Shown: positions 1 to 14,328, counted from the stretch's first letter. The stretch: 64,000 nucleotides of DNA from Haliotis cracherodii (GCF_022045235.1 NW_027266270.1:35526001-35590000); one strand, 5' to 3'. Notes: generated from the letters alone by a model not told the origin. Numbers and translations: made by a program.

Positions 1-391
1 AACAAGGTGACTCACTCACTCACTTACTCACTCGTCATGACACATCATGATAACATAGCTATATCCTGTATCTGCATTTGTTACTGATGCTACTCCATGA
101 CACGCCAAGTCACATCATATAGCATACATACTTCATACGATGTGCCAATTTCCCAACACTCATCACACACCAAATCTTGATCCGAAGACAACGTGCACAA
201 CCCTATCCATGAACAACACACACTAAAAGCGACGAAACCCTTTCCACATGCAAAAGAATTCTCTGGTAAATGCTATATCATTATCGTGTCTTTGTGAATC
301 ACGATCAATTAGTGACGATACCAGGTGTTCTCAGAAAGGTGATGTGACACGAAAAATGTTATTCACCCATTGGGACAGTATCACCAACATT

Positions 392-562
392 TGTCACACA
401 ATGTGCCGGTATCAGACAAACGGTCTCGTAATGTGCCAGTATCAGACAAACGGTCACGTAATGTGCCGGTATCAGACAAACGGTCACGTAATGTGCCAGT
501 ATCAGGCAAATGGTCACACAATGTGCCAGTATCAGACAAATAGTCTCACAATGTGCCAGTAT
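392..562. repeat. 30-bp minisatellite (gtcacacaatgtgccagtatcagacaaacg), about 5.5 copies
   Basis: Direct tandem copies visible. Confidence 0.9.
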
Positions 563-1109
563 AATCGACATTAATCGCACAATACATTAATCCGAAGACA
601 ACGTACATATGTAAAGCATGAATACTAAAAAGAGAGCAAAGCCTAACTAGGCTGACGTGTCGCATGGTCTTAGACTGTCAGTATGACACACGTCTCCCTA
701 CAATTGCCTGCGTTCCAGTCACTGCGGGTGAAGTCACACAAGTGCTTTCACTAACTCAGACTGGCGCTCACATGATACAACTACCCGCCATAGATTCCAG
801 CAGTATGTCGTGTAATTAACAGATGCTGACGAAGACAGACATCACCAATCATTCACATAAACACGTATTGCATCCTATATAACCCGTTGACTTGACGTGC
901 TGCGTGCAGATTCATCTGCAATCTTCAAAGGACGTCGTGCATGCTCAGGTCATGGAGGTCAGAGGGAAAAGTACCGTTATGGCAGGCATGTTTATTTCAG
1001 TACCATAGTTCAAACGGTAAACAGATAGGGCTGCTCCCAAAGGAACTGTGGTTGTTCCAGGAATGTGATCATAGGGTATAAAAATACTGCGGAGCCTAAA
1101 GCTGCTTTT

Positions 1110-2720
1110 AGGTTATATTCAGCTTATTTCCCCAAGGGAACTCCCACGCCATCGACTACAGTCAGCACTTCTCCCCTTGTGACCTGCAGCACCATCGGCT
1201 ATAGTTAGCACTTTTCCCATGGAGTACTGCAGCACCATTGACTACAGTCAGCACTTTCCCCCTAGTGACCTGCAGCACTATCGACTATAGTCAGCACTTT
1301 TCCCAAGAAGAACTGCAGCCCCATCGACTATAGACAGCACTTACCCTCTAGTGACCTGCATCACCATCGACTATAGTCATCGCTTACCCTCTAGTGACCT
1401 GCATCACCATCGACTATAGTCATCGCTTTTCCCCCACTGACCTGCAGCACTATCGACTGTAGTCATCGCTTTTCCCATGGAGAACTGCAGCACCATCGAC
1501 TATAGTCATCGCTTTTCCCCTAGTGACCTGCAGCACCAACGACTATAGTCAGCACTTTCCCCCTAGTGACCTGCAGCACCATCGACTATAGTCAGCACTT
1601 TCCCCCTAGTTAGCTGCAGCACCATCGACTATAGTCAGCACTTTTCCCCTAGTGACCTGCAGCATCATCGACTATAGTCAGCACTTTCCCCCTAGTGACC
1701 TGCAGCACCATCGACTATAGTCAGCACTTCCCCCTAGTTACCTGCAGCACCATCGACTATAGTCAGCACTTTCCCCCTAGTGACCTGCAGCACCATCGAC
1801 TATAGTCAGCACTTTCCCCCTCGTGACCTGCAGCACCATCGACTATAGTCAGCACTTTCCCCCTAGTTACCTGCAGCACCATCGACTACAGTCAGCACTT
1901 CTCCCTTAGTGACCTGCAGCATCATCGACTATAGTCAGCGCTTTCCCCCTTGTGACCTGCAGCACCATCGACTATAGTCAGCACTTTTCCCCTTGTGACC
2001 TGCAGCACTATCGACTATAGTTAGCACTTTTCCCCTTGTGACCTGCAGCACCATCGACTACAGTCAGCACTTTCCCCCTCGTGACCTGCAGCATCATCGA
2101 CTACAGTCAGCACTTCTCCCCTCGTGACCTGCAGCACCATCAACTATAGTCAGCGCTTTCCCCCTTGTGACCTGCAGCACCATCGACTACAGTCAGCACT
2201 TTCACCCTTGTGACCTGCAGCACCATCGACTACAGTCAGCACTTTCCCCCTTGTGACCTGCAGCACCATCGACTATAGTCAGCGCTTTCCCCCTCGTGAC
2301 CTGCAGCACCATCGACTATAGTCAGCACTTTCCCCCTCGTGACCTGCAGCACCATTGACTATAGTCAGCGCTTTCCCCATCGTGACCTGCAGCACCATCG
2401 ACTATAGTCAGCACTTTCCCCATCGTGACCTGCAGCACCATCGACTATAGTCAGCACTTTTCCCCTAGTGACCTGCAGCACCATCGACTATAGTCAGCAC
2501 TTTTCCCCTCGTGACCTGCAGCACCATTGACTACAGTCAGCGCTTTCCCCATCGTGACCTGCAGCACCATCGACTATAGTCAGCGCTTTTCCCCTCGTGA
2601 CCTGCAGCACCATCGACTACAGTCAGCACTTTTCTTCTCGAGAACTGCCCCACCATCGGTTATATTCAGTTCATTTCCCATCGCCATCTGCTACAGTCAG
2701 CACTTGTCCCATGGGGAGCT
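1110..2720. repeat. 43-bp minisatellite (gtgacctgcagcaccatcgactatagtcagcactttcccccta), about 36 copies
   Basis: Homogeneous core with diverged ends; each unit holds the palindrome gactatagtc. Confidence 0.97.
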
Positions 2721-4024
2721 GGAGCATCCAGTGCCGTGGGTCAGGCTCCGCTCCCCCAGCTGTGTCGGTGCACCATGTATACCTGCACACACGCACAAAG
2801 GTACCACTGTATGCACTGCAGGTGCTTTCTTTGCAACCTTTACTGTCGAATGAATCCCCTCCACAATTGCTTTGCTGTAATCGATCGGGACTGAGTGAAA
2901 AATATATCCTTAAGAGCCGTGATATGTATTTCATGGAAGGGCTGGAGTTCGTGGTAGGTTGACTTAATCTGTAACTTCAACCTTTGGAAACGTTTACCTT
3001 AAAGTCATAGCTAAGGAGTGTTGTGGGTAGTCCAGACGTGCAAGTGTTTGCTCGTTCCGTCGTAGACCTGGGTTCTATTCCTTATGTATGAAGTCTGAAA
3101 TTATGAACAGTTGTAGAAAAAACATGATTGTATTCTGTGTTATCAGTGTTTGGTATAATAGTTACGTCGTTTGCACGACCTGGTACCAATCAGAGTGGGC
3201 CTAGATATAAAAAGCCGGGCAAAAGAAAGTATACACTTAAAAATTGGATTTTGAACAAAACATTAAAAAAGTTATCAAAACGTTACAAGGCTGAAAACAG
3301 TCGCCGAAACACTGCAAACGTGCGGTCCAAAACACAACTATGATCCCCGTATCAAATACATCCCCGTTAAAAAACCATTACCATCCATTCGTTGCGATTT
3401 TGATTTAGATAATAAACATTCAGTTTTCAGAGGAATATATGCTTGTTTGAATGGCCTGACCCCGTTCATCAAGGCGATATTGATGCTAAGACTGTCGCAG
3501 TCCATACCCTAACACAGACTTTCAACACTCTTAGCGCTGGTGTCACTTTGTGGAACTGATTGCTCCTGACTAATATTTATCAGAGTAGAATGACGATATA
3601 TAACACTGGATAATCGAGAAAGAGACTTTTAGTTCCTTGTCTTCAAACAATCCCAATTTATTGAACATCTGATACGGGTACGCCGGGTGGCCATAGTGTT
3701 TACAGAGTCGTGTGTTATAGCGTGGTTCGCTTTTGTACCGTGCACGTTCCATAAACGGCGTTAACGTGACCCCATTAGACCTTTGAACCCCGTGAACTCC
3801 GGCCATCGACGCCACTTGACGGGAGAAGGTGCGACAGGGAGGGTGGGTGGTTCGCTCGGTATATGTTTGGTGTACTACCCTGTTGGGATTCCGGGGGCAG
3901 ATATAGGTCTCCAGTACACTATGCTTGTCGCAATATGAGGAATGAGTGGTTACAATGTGAGATATAGCTGATTGTAGGTCCTCCTATGGTGGCACCAACT
4001 CGGCGTCGATACAAGTTCTTAATT

Positions 4025-4250
4025 GTGTTTGTTTGTTATTTAACGCCAAACTAAGCAATATTCCATCTGTATGAACGCCGGTCTGTGAATATTCGAGTAC
4101 GGACCAGACAATCCACTGATGACGTTATGATCCTGGACCTGCGCCACTTGGATACGATGACATGCATCAACCAAGTCAGCGAGCCTGACCACCCGATCCC
4201 GTTAGTCGTCCCTTACGACAAGCGTGGGTTGCTGAAGACCATTTCTATTT
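4025..4250 (-). mobile_element. Retroposon family D copy
   Basis: Colinear with 30636-30897. Confidence 0.85.
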
Positions 4251-4836
4251 CTTAACTGCTGGTTATCCTGTATGGTGCAGATGTGGTTATTTTTAACATA
4301 GTTTATTGTCAGAAGACGAATGGTTCAGACACAAGTTGTTAACGTACATGGTCGTCTCTAATATACACGTTTCGTTACATAAATATTACGTCGTAGAACA
4401 GAAAGAAAATATGAAAGAAGAGAATATTTACATGTTTAACAATAACCTTATGAAACGGAGAAGTCATATAAGTGTAATGGTGATTACAGCGGCGTAAAAT
4501 AAAATCCACAGGTGTGTGTGTTTGGGGGTGTGTGGGGGGGGGGGGGGGGGGGGGGTAGTGTGGCAGCCAATCCAATTCACCGAGTTGCGTCCCTTAACGT
4601 GCCATAAACCAGTGGTCGTGGTTCGAATCCAAGATTCGCCCCGATTATGTTTCCAGATATGTCAAATTATCTGATGATTAATAGAAGCTTTAACACGCCC
4701 CATGACTGAATGCGTTCAAGAACTGCATACTAGCGTAATACAACTGAACTGTTATTGCAAACAAAAGCAACACGAAGAAATCACTACAAGAACAATAACA
4801 TGACGTGTAAGGATGCATGGATTTCTAGGCCCTCTT

Positions 4837-5009
4837 GAGGGGCGGTCGGGTAGCCTAGTGGTTAAAGCGTTCGCTCGTCACGCCGAAGACCCGGGTTCGA
4901 TTCCCGACATGGGTAAAATGTGTGAAGCCAGTTTTTCTGGTGTCCCCCGCCGTGATATTGATGTAATATTGCTAAAAGCGGCGTAAAACCTCACTCACTC
5001 ACTCACTCA
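4837..5009 (+). mobile_element. SINE family A (tRNA-Asp-like head, (TCAC)n tail), full length with TSD
   Basis: A box tagcctagtgg, B box ggttcgattcc; 12-bp TSD ctaggccctctt at 4825-4836 and 5010-5021. Confidence 0.93.
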
Positions 5010-5073
5010 CTAGGCCCTCTTACACAATCGTATCGCAACTATTAAAGTATGAGGACTAGCTGTCGTGGCGCTT

Positions 5074-5106
<33 letters not shown>

Positions 5107-8005
5107 TCGCTTTGTGACATCGGCCTATTTAGATGTATGAAGGCATATTTTTCAATTTAGTCCAACGCTAAGAGATCCTTGCTGATCAGACACTAGTGTT
5201 TTTACAACTAACTTCGACACGCCGGTCACAGTGTAGGACACATCTTCAGCCACCATGCTAAAATCGGCGCCGTGTTTGAAACTGACCATTATTGACAGAT
5301 ATTAAGACCTGTCAATTATGAAATTGATCCGTCCGTCCGAGAAACGACAAACCTGAACAGCAGAACACCGAACGTCACGACCAGCACACACACACGGCCA
5401 ATTATGGCCCAGGGGCTAATATTTGAGGGTGGGGCCCGATTCTGAAAGGCCATGGAGATAGACGGTCCCATTATGAAATTTGACACACATAACAATTGGA
5501 TTCCGCTTATCATTGCGAATAACCCACCTGACCTCTAAACGACATAAGTTCAGCTGATGCGTATTTTTGGTAAATGAGGCGAAAAAGGTTCCCCTCTCAG
5601 CTCCTATGGGTCTGTTGTGACGCTAGTCCTGGTGGATTATTACAGAGTGCTATCATTCCGTGGCTCTTGTTCCACAAAGCTGTCTAAGCGGCATGACCGG
5701 TGACTCAGACTTAAAGGTGTGAGGTCAGATTCCGAATACTTCAAACACATTATTTATCTCTTTCATATAGAGCACACACAAACGCACACGCACGCGCACG
5801 ATAAGTACTTATATGTTCAACCCAAATCTGATACTTCTAAAATGCAGCTTTCTGAATCTGGAAATAACATCCATGTTTTTTTCAATACATTTCTTTGCGT
5901 GTTAAATATCAAATATTATTACTGACATTATCAAGCAGAAAAGAATCGAGGCGAGATCCTGCTCGATGTGAACGGTTTCATTCGTTCATTGCCTGAACGT
6001 CGAAACTCTACTGTGCAATGTTGATTCTCACGAACTATACTGAAATATTGCCAAGCGCAACATTATTTTACTTTTCTGACGTCTTCAGCTAAATGAGTGT
6101 TGTATGCCACCGTCAGCAATATTTTAGGAGTTTGACGACTGCGGCGACGGCTTATAAAAAATCAATCTGAAAATGGACAACCAGTGGTTGACTTCAAGGG
6201 CATTTCGCGCCATTGTCAGCCAGTTCACACATAGTAACCACCCCTCTTGTTTTAAAATCGTTCCATGCCAGCACGAGATATGCTAGGGGCCTCTCCCGTG
6301 CCTCCGTTTCGTTACCCGACAGCTGTTGTAGATAAACCACAGGCAGTTGCAATACATATTCCGCCAACGTACTCCCGCGCGGACCTCGGAGAAGACACCC
6401 AGACTCACTTCCGTGTTTTATCAATCCCTTTGATGTTCTCCGCCTGTTGTGCATATCACCATGCGGCGGAACATGGACATATAATTGTCTTTAGCCACAA
6501 TAGCTGACATTTCTTTGATGCCCCTTCTTTAAATATTTTTCTGTGTAGAAAATTAGCCACATTGTCAGCGGGATACCAAACGATAGTTAAAACATGAATC
6601 ACAGTGGCCTGTGTTTGGTTTTCAGGCGTACGTATAGTAGCTGACGAGCACGTATGTACACATAGTAAAGCTTGCTGTTTTAGATACAAAGGTGTCTGCC
6701 CAGGTTCCCTATCCCACATATCCCACATGGGTACAATGTGTGAAACCCTCTCGCGGTGCCCCCGGCCGGCACTCACTCACTGCAGACAAAATACGTCTTT
6801 TTGACACTTACGTTTGCTCATCAGGCGAAGGTTCTGCTAGTAAGTTTTTTGTTGTTGTGTATCATATTCCCAAGGGAGCTGAGAATGGACATTATGTGCA
6901 CACTGATCCATTGACTAATAATGCCAGCGTTAGAGCATGCTTATTGGTAGATTTGGAACTCCACATTATTATTATTAATAGTAGTAGTAGTAGTAGTAGT
7001 AGTAGTATAACAAAACACATTAGAAACGGAGCCACTGCTCATAGGAACCTGTCTATAGATCAATGCGGCTTCCACATGAAAACAGTAACAGAAGCAAGTA
7101 CATGTAAACTATTCATAAGAAAACGAGGTTTTTGGTGTTTTCGCAATATTTGTTGGGTTTTTTTAATCATGAATGTTATGAAGAACAGAAAGCTGACATC
7201 GATTCCATCAATTCTGACCTTGAGTTTCTTAAAAAAGGATGAACTCATTGATATACCAGAAGCAATCAAAAAGATTAACAAATCTTTTACAAATCTGCTT
7301 ATAGCTCAGTATGAAATAAAATAAGCGAAACATATAATTTTCTCATCTCGCCCAGACGTTTTCAGTATTACATGCATGAAACAGATACATAGACATAAGC
7401 GCTACAGAAACCCATTTATACAAACTCATGTTAATAAATCTCGCTTTTCATCCTTAACGACTTCATCCGGCACACTGAGCACAAAACCGTATGTTTATCT
7501 AAAATGCTATTATGCGCTTTACTGCACACCTGACGCCTGTGGTAGACAGTCGCGCTGTGGTGCTGATATCGTGAGAGACAGGTAAATTGTTGATTATGAA
7601 AATATTTTGATTTGCTCTTTACAAGGTAAGCACGTGGATGATGTAAAGGCTTTACTGTTACCTCTACTGAGACCTGAAATCTGTACATGCAACTGTCAGA
7701 TGTGATAACGAGCTTATATATCTTTCTGAGAGTATTTTAAATGTTAATTTGCTATCATAACATTAAGCGCATTTTCATTAAAATTTAAGAGTAGATGATG
7801 TGCTGGTTGGTTGATTACCACATGGTTGTTATTTCCCTGAAACCACAGATTACAGATACGGGTAATAGCGTGTACGTTAGCTATCTAGGCGGGAAGCTGT
7901 GGATAAAACTCACACTTGTATAACACATGGGACTTTCTTTTATGAGTGTTTCCGAGTCAATTCAATTCTTTATTGTATGAAAGGCCACAGGCCCATATAC
8001 AACGG

Positions 8006-8350
8006 TGTGAGGTGAGGTGAAATGGGGTTTAACGTCGCGTCCAAGATTATTGCACTTATATAGCGACGTGCATGTGTGTGTGGCTGCTTGTACTAGTCCG
8101 GACTGATGCCGATTTACACTGCTAGCACACTGAGATACCATACCGCAGTTTAACATGAATACCCCACTCAGACACAGTATACTGACTCCGAGCCGACCAG
8201 TCCTTGTTTTAGCCCCTTAATGTCGAGCGCCAGACAGGGTAACAACAATTACCGTCAATTAACGTCTTTTGGTATGACGCGGCTGGGGATCGAACCCTGG
8301 ACTTTCAGCTCTCCGGGCTGACGCTCTACCATTAAACCTCGGAGGCGGTC
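8006..8350 (-). mobile_element. SINE family B (tRNA head, central domain resembling Meta/MESC, (TCACC)n tail) with TSD
   Basis: B box ggttcgatccc on minus strand; perfect 14-bp TSD cccatatacaacgg at 7992-8005 and 8351-8364. Domain name is from recall. Confidence 0.9.
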
Positions 8351-9492
8351 CCCATATACAACGGAGTTACATAACATATTATATAAGATACAAAGTCAAG
8401 GTAACAATTCACTTCGTAACAAAAACGCATGATGTATATACAAAGCCAGTTGATCTTGTGTTAGAAGATCCTTGCAGGACAGTACTGAAGACAATGTACT
8501 TGTTTCCTAGATTTTCGTATATACATAGGGCAAATAAACATAAAATGGTATTCAACTTCGACAACACTGTCACAGAATGGGCATAACCTTAGGGATTTCT
8601 CAATAGATGAAAATCTCCCTGTTTTAATTTTTAGATCACTCAGGCCAAGTCTAAAACGAATAATGATGTTACGAAAATTCCTGTACCGTAAGTTTGATAA
8701 ATAAGATTCGCGAGGAGGTTATCCTTTATATATCCCATCGTCTTTGTCCACTGAGAAAAAGTAGAAATAAGCGGGTCCCCTGAACGATGTCACATAATAT
8801 CTTTTACTTATAGGAAATATAGAGGCAGTATGTTTACATGCCTCCGTGAAGCTGTTGATAAAACTTGATATGTATTGAACAAGGTTATTTCTGTGTTTAT
8901 AAAAAAATGTTCACTCACTCACTCTCAGAATGTAATAGTATATGGATGACGAACACATTAAAACACACAGGTATCTCTCAGACTATCTTCCTATTTATCT
9001 TTTGCTTTTTTATATATGTTATGGGGGTGGGGTATAAGGTTCAGTAGCCAAGTGGTTAATTTTTCAGTTCTCTCGCCGAAGACACTGGTACGATTCTCGG
9101 TATGATTGCAACGTGAACAATTCCTTTTGCCCTCCCCGTGATATGGCTGCCATATTGCTAAAGCCACGTGAAACCTCACTCACTCACTAACTCACTCACT
9201 CACGCACGCACCCACTCACTCACTTACTCACTCACCCACCCATGCTCAAAACATCACACTCCCAAAGTGACCCATTCCATCTGTTACGTGTCTCAGCGTA
9301 GTCAGTAGAAACCCGAAAAACCCTGGTTCGGTTTAGAATTAACACAACCCTCTGCGTCTATTGCTTCACCTTTTATTTTAATTTCTGTTATTATTATATT
9401 CTGTGATCGCTGTATTGCAATGCAGTTACCGATAGTTCGAGGAATCGATACATACCGTGAAAGATAAATCCAGAACATTGCCGAAAGCTGGT

Positions 9493-9845
9493 GGGTGAGG
9501 TGAGGTGAGGTGAGGTGAGGTGAAATGGAGTTCAGCGTCGCGTCCAAGATTATTGCACATATATAACGACGTGCGTACGTGTGTGTGTGTGTGTACTTGT
9601 CCGGACTGATGCCGATTTATAGTGCTAGCCCACTGAGATATCATGCTGCAGTTTAACATGAATACCCCACTCAGACACAGCTGTATACTTACTCCGCGCG
9701 GATCAGTCCTTGTTTTAGGCCCTTAATGCCGGGCGCCAGACAGGGTAACAACAAGTACCATCTTTTAACGTTTTTTGGTATGACGCGACAGGGGATCGAA
9801 CCCCGGACTTTCAGCTCTCCGGGCGGACGCTCTGCCACTAGACCA
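9493..9845 (-). mobile_element. SINE family B copy
   Basis: Colinear with 8006-8350. Confidence 0.9.
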
Positions 9846-10928
9846 TTACTGAACGGGGCAAAAGAAGGATTTATCCACCTTTGATGTAGTTGTGTTTTGG
9901 ACCTTAAGTTTTCCCCCGGAACTTTTGAAGGTTTTTTTTTCCAAAATCCTTTTCAAGTTTATCCTTTCTTTTGCCCTGCTGAATCTAATCTAATGTCCTT
10001 GTATCCCATTTTTTCACGAAAAGATGTACGGCTGTCCAAGTCGGCTAAGGCGCCGTAATTTCGCAGCAGAGAGCTGTGTCCCTTGGGCACATCAGGAATC
10101 TATGATTGCGGGTTTGAGTCACGGTCAACCCGATTATGTTTCTAGGTTTGTCAGCACCATACCCATTGTCGTGGGTTTCACTCAAAGTGGTAAACGTCTA
10201 AGGGTTTTCCTTCCACATCGGGCTGACACGTGATGATATATACTCACCGCCAAAAGAAACGCTAACCATAGAAACATCAAAGAACCTTCTTACATAAATC
10301 GCTAATTTCCTATTCCCGTTGAATACATAATTAGTTATGTTTAGTATAGATCTACTGTTAGGTACTCGTATCCAACTTTGATCCTTACAGTCATAACCCA
10401 CGAGATTGTCACAGACATTCTGTCTGACGTGGGGTATTTATTACAATCAATGCTGACAAGGGCGATTGAAATGTTGTCTCACATTGTCCGGTACAAGTAA
10501 TCAGGATTAGATTGCTGTAAAGGTCAAAGGTCAACCAGCTCCTCTGGACAACAAGTCGTGGGAAGTTTATCATAACTCTCGGTTGATTGACGGGTAAATT
10601 AGCATGCCTGCTGCACGTGACATTAAATGTCCTGAGGTAAATAATACATTGTAACATGTCATGTTGGTGATGCATTATGGGTAACCAAGCAGTGCCGACA
10701 GTCTCAACCATTAGGTAATTGATATCACTTAAAATTAGTTTTCAAATGTCGTTCTTGTGACATAATTAGGATTATCATGCAGTTGATCACCGTTCACAAA
10801 TGCTATCCAGATATATATGACTGTTCAATTATGTGACTCCTCCGTCAGCTATGTGAACATGTTAAATAAAGCAGAGCCCAATATGGACAGATATGTTCCT
10901 TTTTAAGATTGTTCTTTATTACAAAGAA

Positions 10929-11181
10929 GGGGGCACGGGTGACCGCGATTTGCTGTGCAGAGTTGCGTCCCTTGGGATTGTAGGCTCGAATCCCGGTTCG
11001 CCCCGATTATGTTTCTAGGTTTGTCAGCCCCATACCCGTGCTCGTGTGTTTCACCGAAGTGGTAAACGTCTGAGACCTGCATCACTTCGGGCTTTCCTCA
11101 CACATTAAGCTGACACGCCGTGACGTAACTGGAATACTGATAAAGCGGCGTTAAACCTAACTCACTCACTTACTCACTCAC
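10929..11181 (+). mobile_element. SINE family C copy (internal deletions in head)
   Basis: Colinear with reverse complement of 56093-56368. Confidence 0.87.
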
Positions 11182-12799
11182 TATTTCAAAGAAAAAAGCA
11201 TAAAACACATGAAAACGGGAGTTTACCATAAAATTACAAACCAGTCGCCGAAACACTGCAAACTTATGCTCCAAAACACAACTATGATACCCGTATCCGA
11301 AATACATCACCATCAAATAACCATGTCTTGTTGGTTTCATATTTAGCCGCCATCATACACGAGGGGATACATTCTTTTGCTCGGTAGTGTAGTAGCCACG
11401 ATATACAATATCTCCTGTGGCGGTAAAGGGGGGTAGGGGTAGCCTAGCAGTTAAGGTGTTCGCTCGTAACGCCGAAAGAAACGGGTTCAGTTCCCTATAT
11501 TAATAAGATGTCAAACCCATCAAACCCGTCGTATTATTGCTGGAATATTGCTAAAAAGAGCGTTGACGTATACGCTCTCGCTGACTCAATTATCTGGACG
11601 AATCTGAGACATCGCAATCAGAAAAAAAACATGGGGTAAATGGAAATGAACCATTGCTATACAACCGAAAATCAATGATAATTAATACATGAAAACACAA
11701 CACAATCAAGTATAACAATACATATTTCTACAGTTGCTTAGATCCATGATCGTGATGTCAATCACTGGATTGTCTGGTCCAGATTTGATTATTTACAAAC
11801 CGCCGTCAAACAGCTGGAATACTGAGTTCGGCATTAAACGACAAACAAACATAGCAGCTCGTGTTTGACAGTGCAAACGCCACTTCGTGTTTGACAGTAT
11901 AAATATCCGTTGTTTGACAGTACATGTATCAGCTCGTGTTTAATAACATGAAATAACGCTACTCATAAATAGTTGACCTTTATAAAGGCCGCACTTGACA
12001 CTTGGGGTACAGCTGTCACAATGCCTTGTTATCGTAATGAAAGACTAAGGTAATAAATAGCCACTGTATTGTTCTGGGGTTGCTGTAATGTATTTCAACA
12101 CAGTTGAAAACGTCACAGAAGGCGATAAAATGAAACAATTTATACATCTAATTGTAGTGGGATTTGAAACTTCCGGTGTCTTGTCAGTGTGGAAAAGAAT
12201 ATTCTTTTTTATTTAAACACCTTGTGAGTTGAATATGATAAATGCTTTTGAAGTGTGGAATATGAAGGTTTATTATTTAAATATACATGAATAAGTCTAT
12301 AAATAAATTGCATAAACTTAATGTTTGAGGTCATAATCAGGGACAGTTTCGATGTGAAGACTTGAGTCCGTTATGCGGGTCAGAGCCTGCTGATCTTGGG
12401 TCGATTCTTTGCATTCATGGTCACGCCAGAAACCTATGATCGTAGGTTCGAATCCCGGTTCGCCCTGAGTCTCCTGCCACGTCGTGATATGACGTAGATA
12501 CTGGTGATAACCCAACCCAATGTCTTCAAGTAATGAGTGAGTGAGTATGGTTTTAAGCCGCCTTCGGCAATATTTTAGCAATATCGCGTCATCTTCCCGA
12601 GGCAAAAGAGTTAACTGACTTTAAAAGTCCAGTTTCCACGCTTGCCGAACTAGGCTGGTATTATGGAATAACTTGCCTCGGGAAGATGCCAGAAGTGGGC
12701 TTCACATCTTCCACCCATGTTGGGAATCGAACCCGGATCTTCGTCGTGACGAGCGAACGCTTTGTCCACGAGGCTACCTGACCGCCCCTTGAAGCTATG

Positions 12800-13400
12800 A
12801 AGTGGGGTCTGTGTGTGATGTCTCAATGCTGGCCACGTGAAGCATGAGAAGTAAGCCAGGTCGAGATGTAGTAAGGAACATGTCAACTTGAACATAGGAA
12901 ACAGGATAACCACTGAACGGCATGTGTGTTAGGTTTCGGAAGGAAAAGCTCCTTACGATCACATTTGTGTGTTTGTATGGCATCAGACATATCATTCTCC
13001 CGAGAAGACTGTTGAGGATCAGACCGGAAGATTGTGTGAATATAAAAGTCAACGCCAGAGAATGACCACTGTCGATGATCCTAGTATGAAATACATTCCA
13101 TTCGGCTAAGAGACCAACAATTTGATGTAAACCCCGCCCCAACCCCTCTCCCCTTCCCCGGCATGGTATGGTCAAATTTAAAGAAGACATCAGACCTTGC
13201 AGTGCTAGTTTCACGTTGACCATTCTTCCGAATGCCAGAAATACTTGAGAAGTAATGTCTGTTTATCTTGATCCGTCTGTAGATGACCACCCGCAACAGA
13301 TGCCAAACAATGGACAATGGACCACCTCAGTTCTGCTTACAGAAATGGTATCTTGTGTCTGTTTTTATAGACGGAACGCCGTCAGACATAAACATCAAGT
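12800..13400 (-). pseudogene. Possible highly decayed LINE (CR1/L2-type) endonuclease-domain relic
   Basis: Across frames, in the expected APE order: YHF...*GG, LRVVIYR, SGHSLAL, SFRNL; stops and frameshifts throughout. Confidence 0.35.
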
Positions 13401-14328
13401 GACTGGTTTTCCTGCGGCGCGCAACGAAAGCTGAGTTGTTAAGGTTGAGTTGGGTACACCCAGAGAGAGTGATGATTGATAAATATACAATTAAATCCGA
13501 TGGTGTTGTGTAATGGGGACAAAAGAAAATAGTATAGAATAGTTCATTTAGCTGATGAGGCTGGACAAGGAAAGGATGACACGATGCAGACATAAATAAA
13601 ATTGACAGTATCTTTTTCTCCTTTACCGCGTGAAGAATGTGGCGGTTCTAGTGTCAACCATGTCTCTTTGTTGGAAATCCGGGTCCGAATAGATCACCAA
13701 TACCTCCAGTTTGTTTCTCATGGGATGCTTGTCAGAAGAGCCGACCAAACTGAGAATCAGATGGTTACAATGTGTGACTGGCTGATTGTGTGTCGGTGTG
13801 GAGAGTTGCCAATTAATGCTGTCAGCTACTGGTACATATGACCAAGAGTCCAGTAGTTACTGGCTTCCAATGGGATATTTCTGATTGCGGCGGCGATTGA
13901 AAATGACAGTCACTCGTTTTCTCAGACATTGCTTTAGCAAATGAATTTAATACGACTGAGGCAATGTGGAATAGTGTTATGCTATTGCCTGAAACAAGAC
14001 GACCTAACGGTCATAGTCTGATGTCATTAGGAACCGAAACGACCATAATTAACATACTCATGTAGGAAAGGATAGCACTGGTACTTCTGGTGTTCACAAA
14101 GCTCGAATGTATTGATAAAAAGACTTTTTTAATGCAATTAACAACACTTAAATGCCTTAACCACTAATATCCCACTACTCAAAAGAGTAATATACTTTTA
14201 AGTTCAGGACAGATTACTGATAGTAACGTGAAAGAATCGGTCCTGTCCTTAACTTCTTTTGAGTAGTGCTTTAGTTGATTTTAAAATATCCGTACATTGC
14301 AAAGGAGGCACGTACATAATGAATAGGA

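Noticed and set aside
1110-2720. CRISPR-like array
   Set aside because: Head-to-tail repeats with no unique spacers and no cas genes; eukaryotic context.
4837-4915. tRNA-Asp gene
   Set aside because: Acceptor stem does not pair; it continues into a SINE body and tail with a TSD and has multiple copies.
5289-5445. Candidate first exon of the hydrolase (ILRP...GLIFEGGA)
   Set aside because: In-frame stop with no phase-1 donor, and 10 kb away; the resemblance may be chance.
6692-7324. 210-aa ORF, the longest in the track
   Set aside because: Runs through a SINE fragment and an (AGT)n microsatellite; no recognisable domain.
10521-10533. Perfect DR1 nuclear-receptor element AGGTCAAAGGTCA
   Set aside because: Similar tgacct repeats are common in local interspersed elements (e.g. 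60026, 60181); no supporting promoter evidence.
10677-10714. MGNQAVPTVSTI|gtaatt mini first exon
   Set aside because: Phase 2 does not match the phase-1 hydrolase exon at 15731, and no bridging exon was found.
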